Assembly (NCBI GenBank): GCA_046262595.1
Contig: JBHEMM010000042.1
Coordinates: 8,235-19,212, forward strand
Source of the DNA: Vulcanimicrobiaceae bacterium
GTDB lineage: Bacteria; Vulcanimicrobiota; Vulcanimicrobiia; Vulcanimicrobiales; Vulcanimicrobiaceae
Length of the DNA: 10,978 nt
Direction: 5' to 3'
Every line of letters starts with the position of its first letter. Position 1 is the first letter of the stretch. Below the pieces are notes generated by a model, which saw only the letters and a program-made list of their open reading frames with translations, made no database searches and was not told where the DNA came from. Position numbers and translations under genes: made by a program. Below, in pieces: positions 7,494-10,978 of this stretch.

Positions 7494-8084
7494 GTGACGG
7501 ATTTGGAACGCGCGCTCGCGGACATCGCCGAAGTGCGCGAACGCCTGGGCAGCGTGCAGCGTTTTAAAGGCTACTCGGGCTTGGCGGCGATGATCTCCGG
7601 CGCGCTTGCAATCGCAACGGGCATCGTCCAGCTGCTCGTGCTGCCGCACGTCCGCAGCGCTCACGATGCGCACCTGTATTTCGCGCTCTGGTTCGCCTGC
7701 TGCGGCGCCGCGATGATGTTGAACTACAGCGCTATCGCGCACTGGTACGTCAACGACGCAACCGCGCGCGAACGCTGGCAGACCGCAAGCGTCGGTTTTT
7801 CGATCCTTCCCGCGATCGTCGTCGGCGGCGCGCTCTCTTTTGCGCTGCTGCGTGAAAACGTGCCGGCGCTGTTGCCGGGCGTGTGGTGCGCGTGCTACGG
7901 AACGGGGCTTTTCGCCTCACGCGGAACATTGCCGCAGCCGGCGGTCTGGATCGCCGCAGCGTTCGCCGCATGCGGCATTGCGCTGCTTTTTGCACCCGCC
8001 GGGATCGCGTTGTCGTGGTGGGTGCTTGCGGTCGTTTTCGGCGTGGGACAGATTGCTATCGGAGCAGCCGTTGTACGCGTTTAG
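7494..8084 (+). CDS. Conserved hypothetical integral membrane protein (about 6 TM helices)
   Basis: MTDLERALADIAEVRERL...FKGYSGLA soluble N-terminal helix followed by several hydrophobic segments (LLPGVW...YGTGLFAS, VVFGVGQIAIG). GTG 7494 is preferred as a leaderless start; GTG 7488 is an in-frame alternative. Confidence 0.85.
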   Translation: MTDLERALADIAEVRERLGSVQRFKGYSGLAAMISGALAIATGIVQLLVLPHVRSAHDAHLYFALWFACCGAAMMLNYSAIAHWYVNDATARERWQTASVGFSILPAIVVGGALSFALLRENVPALLPGVWCACYGTGLFASRGTLPQPAVWIAAAFAACGIALLFAPAGIALSWWVLAVVFGVGQIAIGAAVVRV

Positions 8085-8430
8085 CGCTTTCGACCGGGTC
8101 TTTCACGAACGCGGGCGGCTGGCGATCTGCACGGCGCTCACCGGCGCGCCCGAAGGAATGGCATTCACACACCTTCAGGAAGTGTGCGATCTCACCGATG
8201 GCAACCTGAACCGGCATCTGCACGCGTTGGCGGAGATCGGCGTCGTGCGCACGGAGAAAGTCACCGGCAAAGGACGCCCGCAAACGATCGTGCGCATTAC
8301 CGCGCAGGGCCGCGCGCGCTTTTTAGATTACGTGGATGCGCTCGAGGAAGTCGTGCGAGACGTTCAGCGCGCGCGTAAGCGCAAATCTTCGCCTACGCAG
8401 ACGTTTCCCGCGCGCTCCACGACGCAGTAG
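8071..8430 (+). CDS. Winged helix-turn-helix transcriptional regulator (HTH_34-like, ArsR/MarR superfamily)
   Basis: FDRVFHERGRLAICTAL...MAFTHLQEVCDLTDGNLNRHLHALAEIGVV..EK...GRPQTIVRITAQGRARFLDYVDALE. TTG at 8071 has GGAG 6 nt upstream; TTG 8053 is an alternative. The ORF-track start at 7840 is an over-extension. Confidence 0.9.
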   Translation: MYAFSAFDRVFHERGRLAICTALTGAPEGMAFTHLQEVCDLTDGNLNRHLHALAEIGVVRTEKVTGKGRPQTIVRITAQGRARFLDYVDALEEVVRDVQRARKRKSSPTQTFPARSTTQ

Positions 8431-9005
8431 ACGCCCATCACGTTATCGCGCTCTTGGGCGACGTAACGCAAAACGGCCGGATCCGGTTCGCCGGTCTGCA
8501 CGTCGTAGCTCGTGGTGACGCACCGGTCGATCGTCTCGCAGACGCGCAGCAGCGCGTCGCCGGCCTCGATCGCCGCACCGACAAGATCGTTCTCGAGCTC
8601 GGTGAAATCGGCCGCCGCGCGTACGAACACGTTCGGCCGCCAGCGCTGCGGATCGAGTTCAAGCGATAAACCGCGCGACGCTTCGTCCACCCATCGATCG
8701 AAGAGCAGCGAGACCGGACGCGCGTCAAAGAAGCGCTCCGCGGTGTTGGTTTCAAGGGTAGCCGTGACGCCGCGCCCGGCCGCAAGCGACAGGGCGTCTT
8801 GCGGATCTGCGCCTAAGTGCAGCAAATTGTGCTCTTTGCCGCGGTACGTTTTACCGATGCGCGCGTGGCCGTCGCGTACGATAAGGGCGCGTTCGCGATC
8901 CCCCGGCAATCCTTCGCGCTCGATGCGCGTTTGCTTGAGCGCAACCGGCGCCAAGCTTTTTACGGGGTAGATCCACAACGCGTCGATCCGTCCTAAAGTC
9001 CGCAC
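8364..9005 (-). CDS. MOSC domain-containing protein (YcbX/mARC-like, MOSC_N + MOSC)
   Basis: LWIYPVKSL, GLPGDRE, FFDARPVSLL, LDPQRWRPNV, conserved Cys in IDRCVTTSYDVQTGE, MGVYCVVERAGNVCVGE. Confidence 0.92.
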   Translation of the reverse strand: MRTLGRIDALWIYPVKSLAPVALKQTRIEREGLPGDRERALIVRDGHARIGKTYRGKEHNLLHLGADPQDALSLAAGRGVTATLETNTAERFFDARPVSLLFDRWVDEASRGLSLELDPQRWRPNVFVRAAADFTELENDLVGAAIEAGDALLRVCETIDRCVTTSYDVQTGEPDPAVLRYVAQERDNVMGVYCVVERAGNVCVGEDLRLRAR

Positions 9006-9010
9006 GTCCC

Positions 9011-9021
9011 ATACTACTATA
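9011..9021. promoter_or_regulatory. Overlapping divergent -10-like hexamers (candidate bidirectional promoter)
   Basis: ATACTACTATA gives TACTAT on + (9015-9020), and TATAGT (9021-9016) and TAGTAT (9016-9011) on -. It lies between the divergent MOSC gene and the membrane cluster. Confidence 0.5.
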
Positions 9022-9081
9022 GGAAGGGCGCCGAACCCTCAAGAATCTTGCGGACAGTTGCTTCTTTCCGGGGGGTGGGCC

Positions 9082-9288
9082 GTGCAACAGCCGCTGAACA
9101 CCGTCGAACTGCGTCCTTTGCGGCTCGGTGAAATTCTCGACCGCGCCGTTACCCTTCTGGTCCGCCATTGGGTCCCGTTTGTTTTGGTTTTGAAGAAAGC
9201 GTTTTCCTGGGTGTTCGCATCGGGTCAAACGCGCAGCGTCTTTGCCGTCGCGCTCACGCTGCTCGTCATCCTCGCGGAGCCTGCGTGA
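9082..9288 (+). pseudogene. Short (68 aa) internally deleted paralog of the downstream membrane protein; possible pseudogene or mini-protein
   Basis: VELRPLRLGEILDRAVTLLVRHWVPF matches VRLQPLTLGEIFDRTITLYVQNFTAF of the next gene. It then jumps to LKKAFSWVFASGQTRSVF, similar to IRSGFVRVFNRQSLWRSM about 210 aa into the paralog, and ends LAEPA. The frame is intact and the stop is coupled to the next GTG. Confidence 0.6.
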
Positions 9289-10208
9289 CGGGCGGCGGCG
9301 AGGTTCGCTTACAACCGCTCACCCTCGGCGAGATTTTCGATCGGACGATAACGCTTTACGTCCAAAACTTCACGGCGTTCGCGGTTATCGCCGCCATGAC
9401 GGTGATTCCGGTGACGCTGTGCTCGTATTTCGCAACGGCGGGCGCCGATCAATGGTCGCAGCTGCTCGCGCAGATGCAGCACCCCGGCTCCGCGCACGAC
9501 GCGCCGGCTTTCACCGCATGGTACGCGGCGGTCATCGCACTCTCGCTGCTGCTCACGCCGTTCACGTACGTCGCGCTCGCATCGGCGGTAAACGAGCTGT
9601 ACACGTCTGCGCCGATCGATTGGCGGGCGTGCTACGGCCTCGCCATGCGGCATACCGGCGGCATCATCCTCACCATTCTCTGCGAGATCGTGGTTCTGAG
9701 TGCGGCCGTATTCGCGGGTGCGCTGATCGTCGGCGTTCTTTTCGGCTTGGCAGTGCTCTCGCTGCAGTTTTCGCGCGTTTTCGGTGGTATTTTGATGATA
9801 CCGGCCGCAGCGGCGGGCATCGCGTACGTCCTCTTTTTTCTTCTCTGCTATCTTGCGGCTGCGATGGCGTTCGTCGCCATCGGCGCGGAGCAGTTGTCCT
9901 TTTCGCAAGCGATCCGTTCGGGATTCGTGCGCGTCTTCAACCGGCAAAGTCTTTGGCGGTCCATGCTGATCTGTGCGGCAATCGCCGTTTTCGAACTAGC
10001 CCTTATGCTGGTGGTGGGCGGGGCGGCGGCGATGGCTGCGCTGATCGTGCATCAGCCAGTCGTGAGCGCGGTTCTCCAAGCCGTGACGGCGATCGTGAGC
10101 ACCGGCTTTTTGGGGGCGCTGCTTACCGTGTACTACTTCGACGTGCGGGTGCGCCGCGAAGGGCTTGACGTTCAGGCGGCACTGGAAACGCTGCAGCCGC
10201 AGGCGTGA
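9285..10208 (+). CDS. Integral membrane protein (GDPD-membrane-domain-like family found beside DUF4129/DUF4350/MoxR clusters)
   Basis: GTG at 9285 (GTGA overlap, GGAG upstream), 307 aa. N-terminal LQPLTLGEIFD motif, about 6 TM segments, C-terminal YYFDVRVRREGLDV signature. Confidence 0.85.
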   Translation: MTGGGEVRLQPLTLGEIFDRTITLYVQNFTAFAVIAAMTVIPVTLCSYFATAGADQWSQLLAQMQHPGSAHDAPAFTAWYAAVIALSLLLTPFTYVALASAVNELYTSAPIDWRACYGLAMRHTGGIILTILCEIVVLSAAVFAGALIVGVLFGLAVLSLQFSRVFGGILMIPAAAAGIAYVLFFLLCYLAAAMAFVAIGAEQLSFSQAIRSGFVRVFNRQSLWRSMLICAAIAVFELALMLVVGGAAAMAALIVHQPVVSAVLQAVTAIVSTGFLGALLTVYYFDVRVRREGLDVQAALETLQPQA

Positions 10209-10861
10209 ACGCTCGCGGCTTGCCGGCGTTCGGTACCGGCGCGCCGCCGCTCGATCCGCGGCACCTCGCAGTGCGAATTCTCGCGGACCCGCGTTTTCGC
10301 GTGCAGATTCACCGCAGCGCCGGCCCCTGGTGGACGCGGCTGTTGGGATGGGTCGAGGCGCGCTTGAACGCCCTCATCGGGCACAACGTCCACGCGGGTG
10401 GCCCATGGCTGAACGCGATAGGCGATATTGCCGTGCTTGCGGCGGCCGGTCTCGTCATTTTCGCCACCGTGCGCCTGCTGTTGAACGTCGCGAAGGAACC
10501 GGAACAAACCGTCCACACCGTCCATCCGCTTGCGGCGCGCACCAGCGCGCGCGCATGGCACGACCGCGCCCTTTCCGCCGCCGCGCAAGGGCGTTACGGC
10601 GTTGCAGCAGTGTTGCTCTTTCGCGCCGCGCTCGCCATTCTGGATCTTCGCGGCGTCGTCCGCGACGAACCCAGCCGCACCGTCAACGAATCAAAAAGCG
10701 AGTTGCGCCGGCGTGCGCCGCAGTACGAGCCGGCCTTCGATGCGGTCGCACGCAACTTCACCGCGGCGCTCTATGCCGGCGCACCGGTGACGCGCGCTCA
10801 CTGGGAGCAGGCGCAGAACGCATACGAGCAGCTGTTCGCGGCGGTGACCGGCGGTGAATAG
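10205..10861 (+). CDS. DUF4129 domain-containing membrane-anchored protein
   Basis: ILADPRF...WWTRLLGWV, one TM helix, then A..AAAQGRYGVAAVLLFRAALAILDLRGVVRDEPSRTVNE...FDAVARNFTAALYAGAPVT, typical of DUF4129. GTGA coupling to the upstream gene. Confidence 0.82.
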   Translation: MNARGLPAFGTGAPPLDPRHLAVRILADPRFRVQIHRSAGPWWTRLLGWVEARLNALIGHNVHAGGPWLNAIGDIAVLAAAGLVIFATVRLLLNVAKEPEQTVHTVHPLAARTSARAWHDRALSAAAQGRYGVAAVLLFRAALAILDLRGVVRDEPSRTVNESKSELRRRAPQYEPAFDAVARNFTAALYAGAPVTRAHWEQAQNAYEQLFAAVTGGE

Positions 10862-10978
10862 CCGTAAAAGCGATCTCGTGCTGGCGATCGCGGGCGGGCC
10901 GAACCGCAGGCCCGTCTACAGCGTCACGCGCAAGGAGCACGACTTCCGCTGGCACTGGCGCCACACGCTCCCGCAGAC
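10854..10978 (+). CDS. Partial CDS running off the window (DUF4350-like gene expected by synteny, not confirmed by sequence)
   Basis: GTG at 10854 overlaps the DUF4129 stop. The frame is open to the end: MNSRKSDLVLAIAGGPNRRPVYSVTRKEHDFRWHWRHTLPQ. Strong third-position GC bias. Confidence 0.5.
   Translation, partial: MNSRKSDLVLAIAGGPNRRPVYSVTRKEHDFRWHWRHTLPQ

Noticed and set aside
9242..10168. Long alternative-frame and antisense ORFs (e.g. 9242-10168, 5038-5763, 3808-4617, 336-1058, 5837-6511, 10165-10857)
   Set aside because: Arg/Ala-rich shadow ORFs overlapping well-supported genes, typical of high-GC DNA, with no motifs.
1..10978. CRISPR array, tRNA/rRNA, transposase/integrase, or anti-phage defence system built around the helicase
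   Set aside because: No spaced direct repeats, RNA gene signatures or recombinase motifs were seen. The recQ neighbours are housekeeping or envelope genes with no nuclease or effector partner.

Overview
GC-rich bacterial chromosomal window of mostly housekeeping and envelope genes. The lineage is not determinable with certainty; protein style is reminiscent of Eremiobacterota/Vulcanimicrobia (inference). Order: 3' end of a TPR-repeat protein (+), GT4 glycosyltransferase (+), large secreted hypothetical protein (-), RecQ-family helicase (-), the conserved dnaX-ybaB/ebfC-recR operon (+), a membrane protein plus winged-helix regulator pair (+), a MOSC-domain protein (-), then the start of a membrane-protein/DUF4129 cluster (+) running off the edge. 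No rRNA, tRNA, CRISPR array or mobile element was seen, and I cannot support a wholly new system here. The best second-look items are: (1) a RecQ with no HRDC, an HTH-like insert before the Zn module and a PcrA/UvrD-like Tudor tail; (2) a perfect palindromic operator over a probable leaderless promoter of the membrane protein/regulator pair; (3) a 68-aa internally deleted paralog of the adjacent membrane protein; (4) a shared AGTAGTA-N1-2-GGGAC-GTG motif in front of dnaX and the MOSC gene; (5) an EX7Q variant of the GT4 EX7E motif.
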